From: Diplonema japonicum | Taxonomy: Eukaryota; Protista; Euglenozoa: Diplonemea | DNA: 64,000 bases | Direction: 5' to 3' | Assembly (NCBI GenBank): GCA_964019335.1 | Contig: OZ025731.1 | Location: forward strand, 248,001-312,000 | In this document: piece by piece, positions 35,119 through 48,218 of the stretch | Layout: every line of letters starts with the position of its first letter | Numbering within the stretch: position 1 is the stretch's first letter | Notes under the pieces: model-generated | Databases searched by the model: none | Told to the model about the DNA's origin: nothing | What the model saw: the letters and a program-made list of their open reading frames with translations, nothing else | Translations under genes and position numbers: made by a program

Positions 35119-36195
35119 ATGACCCCTCTCTTCCTATTGTTCACAACAACAACAGCAGCGCTGACCTTGCAAAGCAAAATCGACGGCTTCGGCAAGGCAA
35201 CGGACATGAAGAGTGTCGGGACGCTCCTCTACGTCTCGTCAAACGAGTCAGGACTGGTCATTCTCAACATGAACTCTCCCACCGATCCAAAACAACTCGG
35301 AACCCACCCCGCCGTGGCCCAACCCTCCGCAATTGACGTAACAGGCGACACCGTTTACATAGCAGGGAAGGACGAACTGATGGTTTTAAACACCAGCGAT
35401 CCTTCCAACCCGAAGCCCTTGGGAACGCTGCCGATCACAAATTGCACCGCCTTAACCATCGTGAAACAGACGTTGTACATAACAAGTAGTGACGGTCTGC
35501 AAATTCTGAATGTAACCGACCCGTCATCTATAACACCGATTTCCGATATCAATCTTCAGTACACAGTTCAAGGAATGGCACTTCAATGGGGAATCGCATA
35601 TATTACTGCTGGGGACGTCTTCGCCTTGATAAATGTCAGTCCCACGGAACCAACGGTCGCGGTCACAATGACAAGCCAGGAAAACAACAATACTGGCCAT
35701 CGGGCAGTGGATGTTCTTGGCAACGTTGCTTATGTTGCTGTTGAAAATGGTGGTTTGCAGACGTTTGACATCACTTCACCTTCCAAGCCTGTCGCCCTTG
35801 CTTCTTACTGTGATGGGTGTGTGTCGGGGACCAATGTGGTGGTTTATGAATCGACAGCGTACCTGACTACTGTTGACGGGATGCAGGCGGTAGATGTTGG
35901 GTCCCCCGCTTCGCCCCGTATGTTGAGCTCTTATAAGTTCTCATCTGAGGATGTTAACTCAGCTATCGCTTCTTCTGGGATTTCTGTTTTTGTAGGTCGT
36001 TCGGATGGGGTGTACGCATTTGAGCATGTTTCTTCTGGGAGTTCGTCTGATGAAACGGCCACGGCGGTTTTGGTGTGTGCTGTGGTTCTCGTGTCGGTGG
36101 TGCTGAGCCTGTGCGTGGCGCAGCTAGCTGGGAAGCGGGGGGTGGAGATTACACGGGATGCGGGCAAGAAACCGGAGTTCGAGGATAATTTGTAA
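35119..36195 (+). CDS. Divergent, shorter LVIVD-repeat type I membrane protein (copy 4)
   Basis: Signal peptide; AYVAVENGGLQTFDITSPSKP..CDGC..TAYLTT.GMQAVDV homologous to the constant region of copies 1-3; C-terminal TM. Confidence 0.88.
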   Translation: MTPLFLLFTTTTAALTLQSKIDGFGKATDMKSVGTLLYVSSNESGLVILNMNSPTDPKQLGTHPAVAQPSAIDVTGDTVYIAGKDELMVLNTSDPSNPKPLGTLPITNCTALTIVKQTLYITSSDGLQILNVTDPSSITPISDINLQYTVQGMALQWGIAYITAGDVFALINVSPTEPTVAVTMTSQENNNTGHRAVDVLGNVAYVAVENGGLQTFDITSPSKPVALASYCDGCVSGTNVVVYESTAYLTTVDGMQAVDVGSPASPRMLSSYKFSSEDVNSAIASSGISVFVGRSDGVYAFEHVSSGSSSDETATAVLVCAVVLVSVVLSLCVAQLAGKRGVEITRDAGKKPEFEDNL

Positions 36196-36202
36196 GATCA
36201 CT

Positions 36203-36241
<39 letters not shown>

Positions 36242-36372
36242 GACCCTCGCAGCAAGAACCCGCCAGAGCCCCAGAACGGGGATAACGGGGACTAAGCTCA
36301 GCTCGGCCGGTGAGCGCAAAAAAAAAAAAAAAAAAAAAAAAAAAACGCATACCTTGTTCTTTTTTTCTTTTT

Positions 36373-36409
<37 letters not shown>

Positions 36410-37082
36410 TTCATTCCAGGTTTCTACCCGGGCAAAGTGCAAAAACAAGGGAAAAAAAAAATTAAAAAAAAAAGAAGAAGCACATGCACACATAAAGAAA
36501 TAGAACAGTTTTTGTCATAGACACCCGCCAAGGGGTGTCGAATGACAATTTAGTCTAAAAAAAAGTGTGATTCTAAGGTTATCCTTTCTATTCTTTTTTT
36601 TTTTTCCCCATTTTTTTTTCTTCTTCTTGTTAAAGGGTAGGGTAAATAGATGAAAGTGCTTTTCTATCTATGTCTATCTGACCTCTGGTTCTTTTCTTCC
36701 CCCCCCCCTCCTTTAATTATTTCCTTTCTGACCTACCTCCCCTTCTCCCTTTGATACTATTATTTTATATTTTCATTCTCTTATGTTGCAAATGTTCCCC
36801 CCCCCCCCCCCCCCATTGGTCTGAATACCTCTGATAAGCTATAGGATTGCTTAAAAATAAGAAGGGCAAAAAGGCAAAAAAAAAAAATTAAAAAAATGGA
36901 AAACTTTTTCTTTTTTTATATACATAAAATTACTGCCTTCTTCCCCCTTCCTTTTTAATTATCCTGTGTTTTTTCTTTTTTTTTTTTTTCTTTCTCTATC
37001 TCCTCCTGCATATCAAGTTCGCGCCGCTATGAGTAATTTCATTAGGTAGAATTACATTCGTGCACACAAACAAATTGAGCGC

Positions 37083-37125
<43 letters not shown>

Positions 37126-37200
37126 CCCTGTGTCTCGTTGGTTACACTTCTGTTTCCCTACAACGAAAACCACATTTCCTCTCTTTTCAGCATTAGCAAA

Positions 37201-37236
<36 letters not shown>

Positions 37237-37576
37237 CAAATGAAATCAAAATAAATTCATCTGAGTGAATTCCACCTTAAAATAATGTCCTTTCCCCCCA
37301 AAAAAAAAACAGAAAAATAGAAAAAAATTGAGAATAGGTTTTTTTAGGGGGAAAGTGGATTGGTGATTCATTCTGGTCCCTCCCTCTTATCTTTTTCTTC
37401 GGTTTCCTAGGGGAGCTCGTTGAAAATATTTAAAAAAAAAAGATTTTTAGAAGTTGTAGTTTTTATTATTTATTATTATTATTATTTTTTTTTATTCTCC
37501 TCAAAAAGGGGTGGGAAAGAAAAAGAAAAAGAAGAAGGGCAAGTCCCGCTTCTTTTTTCTTTTTGTTAACTTTCTG

Positions 37577-37611
<35 letters not shown>

Positions 37612-37671
37612 AGAAACGAAAAAAAGATCGCCATCTCGAAGTGTTCGCGGGAAAAAAAAAAGGAAAGGGCT

Positions 37672-37714
<43 letters not shown>

Positions 37715-38160
37715 CCACTCCTTTTATTCTGTCGCGTGTTGCAATGGCCCGGGTACACCGCCCTTTGGAGAAATGGCAGGCGGTATAGAGAGAAAAAGAA
37801 AATCAACTGAAAATAGTGAAAAAAAAAAATTCGAGCAAAAATAAAAAAAAGAAGATCCTTCCATCTTTCCCCCCCTCCTCTTTCTTTTTATCATATTCCT
37901 ACATGGAGCATGAAAAGAATAGAAAGCCAAGCTTATATCCGATACTTTCAAAGAAGTCTTTTTTTTTTTTTTTTTTTTTGAATATTCTGACGCATCAATG
38001 GAAAATAGAAAAAAAAAAAAAAGAAATGTCACTTGGAAGGCTGTTCCTGATCCGCAAATCCTTGCCTCTCTTGAGGTTCATCTTTCGCCCGGCTCCATCT
38101 TCTTGTGGGCCGTTTGCGTAAACCACTTCGTTTCCTGCAGCTGGAGGGCATTTATTTTAA

Positions 38161-39921
38161 CCCATAACACTCCGGGGCCTATCTACATAGGGGTCCCTTT
38201 TTTGCTCCTTTTCATAATTTGAGGGGGAAAATGGCAGCATTTAACCCCCGTTTGCAGGTAAAACGGGTTTTTTGGACCAGGAAAATTAAAAAAAAAGTTC
38301 AAAAATAAATAAAAATACAAAGGGAATGAAGAGTTGAATGGCCGTAGGGTGCTCAAAAACGACCATGTCAAAAATGGGTTGTGCACGGGGGGGTGTAAAT
38401 TGAGCATCCTGGGACAAAAAAGGCAGCATCAGGACCCCTCAGATGTCTCAGACCGAGAGAAGTGCCTATTTGCGGGTGGAATATCGGCCTCGAAATCGTC
38501 AAGAGGCCTTTTTGGGGTGATGGAAGAGTGGTACGAAAAAAGCACTTATTTGGACAGAGGTGTTGGTTTCAGGTGTAACATTTGTAGATTGTGCGTTTTG
38601 TGCATTCTTTCAACCTGCAGACCCTGGAGGTGCCCCCTTTGAGTGGCTAGCGGTCACGTTTGGTGTAATCTGGGGTATCGGGTGTGTGTGCACCACTAGT
38701 TGGGTGCCGGGAGTGGTGTTTTTGCAACGTTGGACCCATCAATTAGGCTCTCTCGAAAGCGCTCTTTAAAGCAGCCAGGGTTGTGTATCTCTTTGGCATC
38801 CCTGAACCATATTTTATTTGAAGTGCATAGCAGTTAACTATTGTCACTTCTAGGGTCCACCAGAAGAGTCCGCAACACCCAACGAAATGCAAGCCCCTCA
38901 CAGTTATTTCACAGGGCTTCGGCCAGACCCACAGTCGAAAAGTAGCTATCGCAAACTACCGTGTTGTCATTTCCCCGGAAAGGCTCTGTTAACCCCAGCC
39001 CCGCTTTTTCCACAACACTGAAATCTTCAAGTGCGTGCCCCTCGATTTTGGTGGCGTGGATGTGAAAACGCAAAAGATAACCCGTGCTCGTTCAGTTTAG
39101 GCAGTAGATTTTTATGCCATATCTTTTACGCTTGAAAGGACAGTAGACCCGCAGCCCCCAATTGCCCCGTGAAGGTACGAGTGTCTCGTCAATGCTTAAT
39201 TATTTTCCTGGCACTGCTGCTTTTGCCCACTTGTCACCAATTCTGTCCAGAAACCCTCGTATCTTCACAACACATCACCGTTTGACTCTTCTGTGTGAGT
39301 GAAGTGGAGGCTACTTTTGATTTCCCAGTACCGTCTCCTGGGCATCGTGTTACTGAAAAGGGGGATTTTCATGGGTCCTGTGGACCAATACGACTGCTGA
39401 TTCTGGGCACCCGTAAACCCATCGCAATGCTCAATCCGAGTAAGCGGTAGAGTCCTGTGTCGAAATTTTATCAATCTCAGCGTCCTTTTGCTTGTTTGTC
39501 TCTTCTTGGATGACGTCTGTTGTATAAAAAAACCGAAGGAATAACCATTTTGCGTACCACGGGACAGCTTTTTTTCTCCCCACTGGCCTATTTTATGGTC
39601 TCTATGTACCAACTCCCTTACCCATGAAGGTTGGACCTCGTCCGTAGCTGTTTTGGCTTTACCTTTGCGTTTTTTGGGAACAATTTGGGCACAGTATGCA
39701 CACCCGTTATTTTGCGTTTTTGGCCTATCTACTCGGATTTGGGACCCACTTGGTGGGTGGATAACAAGTTAAAGTGATGCAGCGCAGCGTGAATTGCAGT
39801 TGAAAATAACTCCTCACTATAGTCGTTCTTGGAGATCCAGGGGTCGTGGGGACGAAAAAGTACTTAGAGAAAAAAACGATTTTTCAAAACGACAAATATT
39901 TGCGCCTTGGAGTGTTATGGG
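38161..39921 (-). mobile_element. Decayed piggyBac element
   Basis: TTAA-cccataacactcc ... ggagtgttatggg-TTAA; minus-strand fragments YWST..MPRRRYWEIKSSLHF, IDETLVP, KRYGIKIY, VVCDSYFST. Confidence 0.9.
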
Positions 39922-40167
39922 TTAAAAAAAAAAAAAAAAGAAAAAAAAAAACTATTTCTGAGGATAGCAAGGTCTTTTATAATGTCAAACACAAATGACA
40001 TTCAGGCCTCAATGCCCCCCCCCCCAAAAAAAAGAAGTCCTTGGTTGACAGGTATTTTGCTGTTATTATTTTTTGTCAATAGAATTGCGCCCCTCCCCCC
40101 CCCTTTTTTTCAATGATTCTGTCTATTATGAAGAAACAAAAAAAAAAAAAAAAAAAAAGCAAGCGAT

Positions 40168-40215
40168 AGCAACAATGAGTCGAGACTCGTTATTTTTGTT
40201 AGTAATAAAATAGCT
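40168..40215 (-). mobile_element. Remnant of the YR-element left terminus
   Basis: Reverse complement agctattttattactaacaaaaataacgagtc resembles 9284-9312 agctatttattgccaacaaataatgagtc and folds back on gactcatt. Confidence 0.5.
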
Positions 40216-40263
40216 ATCATTCTGGCACGATTTTTTTTTTACCATCGTATGAGGCTTTCAAGG

Positions 40264-40753
40264 CTAGATACGGGCCATACATCTCGACGCATGACATGGT
40301 GCTCCAGCCATTGACAGGGGCTGATCTGAGAGCCGGGAGCGAGAGGACGACGAGGAGAGGGGGCCGCTAGGGGTCTTGCTGAAGAGGTGGCTACCCTTCC
40401 TGAACAAGGGGTGGTCCTTCATTGAAGGTTTACGCGCTCTGGTGCCCAGTGCGAGACAGCAAAGAGTGGGAAGAATGCTTTCCCCGCCAACGCGAAGACA
40501 AGGGTACACACCCTTCGACATCTTGGGGGCCCGACGGCACACGGCTACGACAGGAGACCACTCTTCTCCTCGAGCCAAACCGCCCCCTACCTAGCACGAC
40601 TCCAAGCAATGTTTCTCGCCCAGATGCCGTCATCTCATCGCAAACAGCCACCGCAGGCACCAGACAGCAACCGCAGAACGGTGACCGGTGACCGGTGACC
40701 GGTGTGAATTTCACCCTGAATGGTGAGCACCCACCCGCACACCGAAATTTATC
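40264..40753 (+). mobile_element. Second, more deleted copy of the non-LTR retroelement (3' end plus short A tail)
   Basis: GPLGVLLKRWLPFLNKGWSF vs GPIGVLRNRWLPFLGKGWSF; 40480-40690 near-identical to 5027-5238; shared 3' motif. Confidence 0.85.
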
Positions 40754-40884
40754 AAAAAAAAATTTTTTTATATATATTTTTTTGTGAGCCCTTATCCTGT
40801 ATTTGCTCCTTTTTTTTTTTTTTTTTTTTTTATTTCACCAAAAACCCACTTTAAAACACATTTCAAGGACAACACAGCAAAACG

Positions 40885-41157
40885 ATGAATGTCCTTCAGT
40901 GGTGCCACGACCCTTATGCGCTGTGTGTCAGGGGTCAAGAATCTACCGCCCTATCCTGCACGACGGAGGGGAGCGACGGTCTTTCGGCGGAATATCTCAG
41001 CACAGACGAGGAAGGGGAAGTTATAAAGAACAAATTGAAGCGATTTGCAAGGAAGCATCACCTGTGTGTGGGTATCTCATTTGAAGACGAGGTAGAGGGT
41101 ACCCACCGTTATAGGCACGACCCGTATTCTGTGAAATATAGTGTGAAGTTGTGTTGA
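40885..41157 (+). CDS. Small hypothetical protein with two HDPY motifs
   Basis: 90-aa ORF with WCHDPY and YRHDPY; complex-sequence island. Confidence 0.55.
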   Translation: MNVLQWCHDPYALCVRGQESTALSCTTEGSDGLSAEYLSTDEEGEVIKNKLKRFARKHHLCVGISFEDEVEGTHRYRHDPYSVKYSVKLC

Positions 41158-42366
41158 TGATGGGAGGAAAGAAGAAAAAAAAAAGGTGTGATGGTGGTGC
41201 AAAACGTTCGCTTCAAAAAAAACGGGGGAGAAGAAAAGGGGGGGGTGCCATAAAATAGTTTTTTTTTTTGAAGTCGTCATTGTTTTGGCAAGGCATTTTC
41301 CCCCTCTCCCCCCCTTTTAATGTACTAACGAAAAAAAGAAATACTGTAAAAAGAAAAGGGGGGGGGGGAGAGAAGGGTGTTCTTTTTTCTTTTCTTCTTC
41401 TTCTTTTCCCCCCACTGTAAAAATCAACTAGCTTAGCAAAGCAAGCACGCAAAATCCCAGTTTTAATCGTGCTGCGAAGGCCTAATAAGGCCTTAGTCCA
41501 ACCCCCCCAGAAAAATGTGGTCTTTTTTTACTTCATTTTTTCGGGGGCGGATCAAAAATCAGGCTGTGGACTTCAACGTTCTTTTTTTTTTATAAAAAAA
41601 TAATATAATAACACCCCCCCAAAAAAAATCTTTTTAGGTTTAAAAAAGCTTTCTTTTACTTTTTACTGTGCTTTTTAAGTAGTGTGTGTGTAGCACTAAG
41701 AACACCGAAGGCTACACAGGTCTCCAGTCATGCGCGGGTGGTTATCTCTATTAGATAACTTTCGGTAAAGAAACGACAAACTTCCCCCAAGCCCCTCTTC
41801 CCTGTCCCTCATTTCTTAAGTTTCTTAAGAAAAAGAAATATGGCCTTAGTTACTACTTTCTTTTAACTCTTCCCCCCCTTTTACCACAAAAAAACCTTTT
41901 TTTGAGAAGCCTCCCTTCCCCCCCACCACTTAATTATTTCAAAAAAAAAAAAAAAAAAAAGAAACATGCTGTAAAAGCAAAAAAAAAAAAAAGAATACAG
42001 GACGGGGGCAAAACGTCCAGGGTTTTTTTGTCGCATTCGGGAGTTTGTCCGCTCGGCATTAAAATTCTCATTATAGCTTTTCAGGCAGAAACCTGCCGTA
42101 TGTTGCCCGAAAAGCGCGTTGAGAGGTGTTGCCAAGCAGGGAAAAGAAAAATCGTTGCCAACATTTTTCCTCTTAGGTCCTGCATACCATACCTATCCTA
42201 CCAGCCTCCATGTAAAAAAATTTTTTTTTACAGTAGTTTTTTTTTTCTTTTTTGTTTTTGGTGCTTGATATTATGTGGAGGTGGGGTTGAGCAGCTGCTG
42301 ACGTATAAAACATTCAGCGGTAAAAAAAAAAAAAGAGAAGAAAAAAAAAATAATATCATTTTTTAA

Positions 42367-42667
42367 GGTGGTGGGGATAACATGGAAATATAAGAAGTAC
42401 ATCAGATGTGTTGTTCGCTGTTGACCTCCTCGTCGGTCATCACCGGTAGCGCCCGAGTGGAAGAACGTAACGCAGATGCTCAGGGTGACGAACAAGCAGC
42501 AAACTTCACGAGCGCAGAATCTTGGTTACCCGGGACGCCCCGGCTAGGGTTGAGCACACCGCACGCATTAAGGACACGACGCGGAACGCAGAAGAAGCTA
42601 CTGCTCGGCCGAGGAGCGCCCCCTGTAATCAAGTAGGTAGTTCGTGCTTCATTGCACGCTTAACGCC
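42367..42667. repeat. 301-bp dispersed repeat (SINE-like), copy 2
   Basis: Matches 25246-25546. Confidence 0.9.
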
Positions 42668-43936
42668 GGTGTCTCCAAAGACCTCCTTTAACTTTTTTTT
42701 TTCTTTTTCTCTTGTTCTCTTTTTTTTGTGATTCAACAAAGAATTCGGTCCATTCGTCTTTCTTTATTTTGTTGTTTTATTTGTTTTTGTTTTTGTTTTT
42801 CTTCTTCTTTTTTTTTTTTTTTTTTATTTACGTATTCGTTTTTCAGAAATTAATTTTTTTCCATTCCCTTCCAAAGAAGAAGAAAAAAAAAAAAAAAAAG
42901 AAAAAAACACAAAAAAAAAAGACAATTCAGGCATGAGGGTTTTTCTTTTTTTACTATTCTTCTTCTTCTTTTTTTTTTCTTTTCTATTTCCGTTTCTTCC
43001 CCCCCTTTTTTGTAAACCAAAACAAAACCAAAAATTCTTTTTTTTTTGCTCTCTCCGTCTGTGCGGGGGTTTCTCGGAGGGGGGAAAGAGAAAAAAAAAA
43101 AAAAAAAAAGGATGAAGGGTCATCAGTTCTGCTTTTTTTCTCTCTCTCTCTTTTTTTTTTCTTTTTATTGACGGAAAGAGTAGTTGCCGGCTTTTGGGCC
43201 TTAAGAAACTCTTTTTTTTTTTGTTTTTTTTTTCCCGAATTGAAACCATCTTTATATTGCGCCTCGCCAAGGGAGAAAAAAAAAAAAATGTTTCCATCAC
43301 AAAAAAAAAACAGTGTCTGAGAAGGCTGGCAGTTAAGCAAGGTTACCTAAGGTAAATAAACCCCCTCCTAATCTCGTATTTTTTTTGTGGGGCAGCAAGT
43401 TCTTCTAAGGGATTCAGGTGTAGCATTCTTTTTTTATTATTATTGGCAACGGGGTAACAAGGGAAGGCAAATGGTGGACCAAGTGATGAGTTTTAATAGT
43501 ACTAATGTTTAAAAAAAAAAAAAAAAAAAGAAGAAGAAGAAGAAGAAAAGACCGGGTTCTAAACCTTCACAGTTTTAACCTTTTGTCTTTCTGAAGTTTC
43601 TTTGCCAACAAAAGTGATGGGGGGGGGGGGGGGGGGGGCAGGAGTATCTTACCTCTCCTTTTCATAGTTCGAAAAAAAACTTTTTTTTTTTAATCATGAG
43701 CTTCGCCCCCGCGTGGAGGAAAAGATGGCTATTTTTACTGCCAACAAAAAGTACACCCCCTGGAAATACTTTGTCACCTTAACATACTGAAACAGGGCAA
43801 GAAATCTTTTTACAAATCTTTTTTTAAAAGATTTTTCTGTTTCTTTCTTTGTCAATGGGTCATTTGTGTTCCCCCCCCCCTTTTTTTTCCTTTTCTGACA
43901 AGTTCGTAAAATATATGTACATGTAAACCTCCTTAA

Positions 43937-45743
43937 CCATCTACCAACGGACCATTTTTGCCCACCAGGGGGTAAATTTTCAAAACTTTCAAAAAAAGCT
44001 ATTCCAGCGCAACGCCGGGGCTATATGCCCCCGGAAATGCCTCCAGATGTCCCAATTCTAGAGAGAGGGTGCCCACAGCAGGGTCCACCCCCACAACATT
44101 GTCAAAAATATCGTTCCTGAAGTGCCCGAGAGGGGATACAAAAAACAAGTCAAAAAAAATCGACTGTAAAATTCTATAAAAAGCTATTTAAGGCCTTCTT
44201 GACGCGGTTCGTATGTGCCCCAGGGCTGGGGGACTTCTTTTTTGACCCCGGGAGGGGTTTCTGGGGGGGTATCCCCGGCAAGGTGGTAGTCTTTGAAGCA
44301 CGGAGTCACGCAAAGTTGTACCAAGCAGGCTGAACACTGAAATAGGGGTCTTTTCGACTTGCAATGCTTGCACCGCACGTTGCACTACTTTTTCGGGGAA
44401 ATGGTCCCAGAAGGTACTGTCACGGCGCATTGGGGTCTCAGAGCACTCGTTCTGTGTTTCGGGGCATGGTATTGGGGCAGCCTGCTCTGTAGTTGACTTT
44501 ATCTGTTGTTTAGACTGCCTCCCTAGTAGCCCTTCGATGACTGCTTCTTTGAAAGGCGTAAATCCACTGTCGTTCGTACTCAGGGCGTTGGGGGGCAAGG
44601 CTTCTTTCCAAACAAGCCAAGCATTCGCCAGAGATTTACCTAACAAGTACAAAAATACTTTTAGGGGCCACTTTTAAGTCATAAGGGTGCGTTTATGGCG
44701 TTTTGTCACAGCATCACCCAGCGTCGGTTCCGCCCATTGCGGTGTTGTAAATATGCACTTGGTGGGGGGCGGGATGTCCTTTCCGGCTTTCATTCTCTTT
44801 TGGCGGACACGTCAAATTCGACTTCACCGGAACATCCAACGTCGATAGAAAGCACGCTGGCATGATGTCATGCCACGTTGTGGTGCAAAGGATGCTCGCG
44901 TGCTGGTGGAACTGGGTGTCCCCACGGGATGCGCGTCCTTGGCATGCGGCCTCGCTTCTTTGGGGCATCCATGATCTCCGGGAGGCCTTTGCGATAAGTA
45001 GAAGTCAGCACGCTTGTTTGTTTCGCTGTGGAAACACAGATTTCCCAGAATAGTCAAAAAGCGGTCTCTTGACATGACGGTGGCGTACCCAGGGGTGTGG
45101 TTGAGAGACGTGGAGCCAGTGTGCCAGTAATCAGAATAATCTGGCTTGATATCCAAGTCCATCGACAAAAGGACACCTAGGAAGGTATGCAGAAGCAGCA
45201 TCGAGATCCAGGGAGACACCTTTTTTAGCCGCATTTGCCACATTGTTGGAAGTTATGACCCGAATAACGTTTGGGACGAGCATTTGGAGAATATATGGTA
45301 TGGCGTTGAGCCTTTGATGTCAAAACAGGGTCCACAAGGATTTCGATCTTCACGAGACCGGATGCCTTCCAACTGCTCCGGCTTTGCCGTCCAATCACCC
45401 TGCTGTGACTCGGAATCGGTCGAATTCGTATCAGAATCACTGTTTGTATCAAAATTGCATAATAGGGATGAGCCATCGTGCTGCCATCACTCATAACGTC
45501 CTCTTCCGGCCCTCTTTCCGGGCGCCTTTTTTTGAAGTGATTTTTAAGGGTAAATTTGGGCTGGCGTTTTTTTTCATTTTTTCATTTTCTTGTTAAGTTA
45601 GGGCAGCATTTAGTTTATTTTTTTTATATTTTCCGCGCAGGACCCCGCCGGCAAGAAAGGGCCGGGCCGTATTGCATTGAAAGCCCTTTGCGTAAAAGAT
45701 TTTTTTTCAAATCGTCTATATATAGACGCTCGTTGATAGATGG
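43937..45743 (-). mobile_element. Decayed, internally deleted piggyBac element (different family from 38161-39921)
   Basis: TTAA-ccatctaccaacg ... cgttgatagatgg-TTAA; fragments DYWHT..MSRDRFLTILGNLCF, YNTAMGGTD, C-terminal RCKHC..CSAC..LC..CFKDYH. Confidence 0.9.
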
Positions 45744-46190
45744 TTAAAAGTTTTTTTTTTTTTTTTTTTTTTTTTTGCCAATGATGGAAAACTCCAGTAT
45801 GCCCGTGTGGCACAACTAACTCAAGCTGGGCAAGAAAAAAAAAAAAAAAAAATGCTTCGAGGTTTATATTTTCTTTTATTTTCCCTTGTTTGTGGGGGGG
45901 GGGGGGGGGGGGGGGGGGCAGTTGGTTAAAAAACAGTGTTTTCCCAGCAAATTTTATCTTCTTTTTCTTTTTTTCTTTTTTTTTTCCATTCTACCTCCCT
46001 CACACTCCTTATATGCTTTACAAATATTTTTTTTTCCCCCTTTCCTTTTCCCTTCATCTTTCTATAGAGCGCTGCCTCCACCCTTTTTTTTTCTTTTCTT
46101 TTTTTTTTCCCAGGACGATCCACGGTTATGGCGGGAGGCCTGCGGAATAGATATCTACGACTAGGCTGTAGGTGAGCGCAAAAATGCATA

Positions 46191-46231
<41 letters not shown>

Positions 46232-46984
46232 ACTCCATACTTATTACTCTACCCCTTTTTTTTTCCTATTTCTTTTATTTAAGGAGTCTTTTATAGCACC
46301 AAGCAAAGCTGGGGCAAGTAACGAAACAGAGTTCGATGAGGAGCAGTCCTATTTTTGTACCATTTCATTTCCCCCATTTTTCTTTGGGGTTTTCGGTATC
46401 CTCGCTTCCCTTCTCCATCTTAAAACAAAAAAAACCCTTTGCAAGGTAAAGAGATGAAGGAAAAAAAAAAAAAAAAAAAAAGAGAACGAAAAACAAAAAA
46501 GAAGGAAATGAAAGATTGAGGTCCTCATGGAACCTTAAAAAAAACAAAAAAAAAAAGATATTTTGTTTAAGTTCTTTATGTTCATTTTTTTTTTGCATGA
46601 ACAAGAAAAACAATATATTGATAATGAATTGTTATTGCTAAAAAGAGTAGTGGTGGCATTGCTGGGCTTATCCTTCTACAGGTTAGTCCCGGCTGTGCAC
46701 AAACAACAATCAACCGACTCTTTTTTTGATTACAAGAGAAAAACAAAAAAAAAAATCTTTTTTTCTAATTGCCTGCTGGGCAGTGCTTGTGCAGGGCGCT
46801 ACCAACACTGGCCTCTGTATCTTCTTTTTTTTCATCACTTACAGGCAATGTGAAGATGTAGTTGTGCAGGTGCCTCAGGTTTCTATGAGTTTCGCATATA
46901 TAAACAAAAATGTCTTCATTTTTTCCAAACTAGATCCGGGGCTGGGTCCGGTGCTGCTTAAAAGGCTCAGAAAGAAACATGCTT

Positions 46985-47015
<31 letters not shown>

Positions 47016-48218
47016 CTTTTTTTTTTTTGACAGCCTTCTCCTTGAAATATCAAAGGGGACAGAGTTTGGTGGGAATCCAGATTACCACCATCGTGTTTTT
47101 TTTTTTTTTTTTTTTTTTCCGTCTCGAAAACCAGACTAATCAGCCAAGGGAAGAATAAAGTCACCTTGGATTCAAGAATCCGTAAATTTTATTTAGTGCT
47201 TTACTTCCCCTCGGGCGCTGATTTCTAAGGTCTCAAGGGGTTGGATTGTAACTTGGGTTTTTCAGGGGCGGGCCTGTCCGATAAGCCGTATTGGCCTCAC
47301 TCTCCCCCCTATATATTTACGCCCTAAAGAAATCTTTAAAAAGAAAAAGAAGAAGAAAAGGTAGGTTTGAGTTTGACTTTATTTCCAGGGGAGGGGGGGG
47401 AAATGGCGTCTTGAAAAAAAATTGAGTGACTCAACTGATGAACGGGTGGAGGGGGGAAAAAAAAATGACTCATAATTTGTTTCTTTTTCTTTTCAGTTTT
47501 CTCGTTTTACCCCTCCCCCCTTGTTGTATTAATAAAAGAATGCGGTTACATCTAGAGACTTCCAAAAAAAAAAAAAAAAAAAAGAGGCAACCAAGACCTT
47601 CAGTATTCTTTTTCTCTCTATTTTTTTTTGGCGTTTCAACATATAGTATCTGGTTTCCTACAAACATTCCTATCTCCCCCCCCCCCTTATTTGTGAGAGC
47701 TCGTAATAGAAGATTTTTTTAAAAGAAGAAATACCTGCCGATGAGAATTTTTTTTTATTATTCCGTTTCATTTTTTTTTCTTATGTTGTAGAGCTCCCGA
47801 ACCCCGCTAGGGTTCGGGAGAGTGGGGAGGGGGGGGGGGGGGGGGGGGGAGAGTCTCTGATGTAATCTAAAAAAAAAAAAAAAAAAAGCCATTTTTCAAA
47901 TTTGCCAAAGAAACCATTCCCAAGCGTTCTGAAGCCGGATATTCCGGTTCCCAAATCATCCACTTTTGACCCACCCACCCACCCTTTTTGTGGCCAACAA
48001 TGGGCACGCTGAAAATACAAAACTCGAAGCGACAGATACCCTATTTTGTTGACCTGACTTATAGGGGGCTTGGTACCAATGTCCATGATTGGCCAAAAAA
48101 AAGATGACGAACATGGGGCAGCATACTGCTTAGGCACCGAATTTTGGTTACCAGAACGCCCCTGGCTAGGGTTGGGTTGCAATCAAAGCCCCATTTTATT
48201 TTTTTATATATGGGTCGA

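Noticed and set aside
41969-42233. Further CTGTAAA..TTTACAG MITE
   Set aside because: The inverted match is short and the left TA is missing; could be chance in A/T-rich DNA
46113-46172. Isolated exon-like segment (pyrimidine-cag ... AG/GTGAG)
   Set aside because: No partner exons or homology support
47794-47820. Perfect 11-bp hairpin ctcccgaaccc/gggttcgggag as a Helitron end
   Set aside because: Single occurrence with no convincing CTRR terminus or matching 5' end
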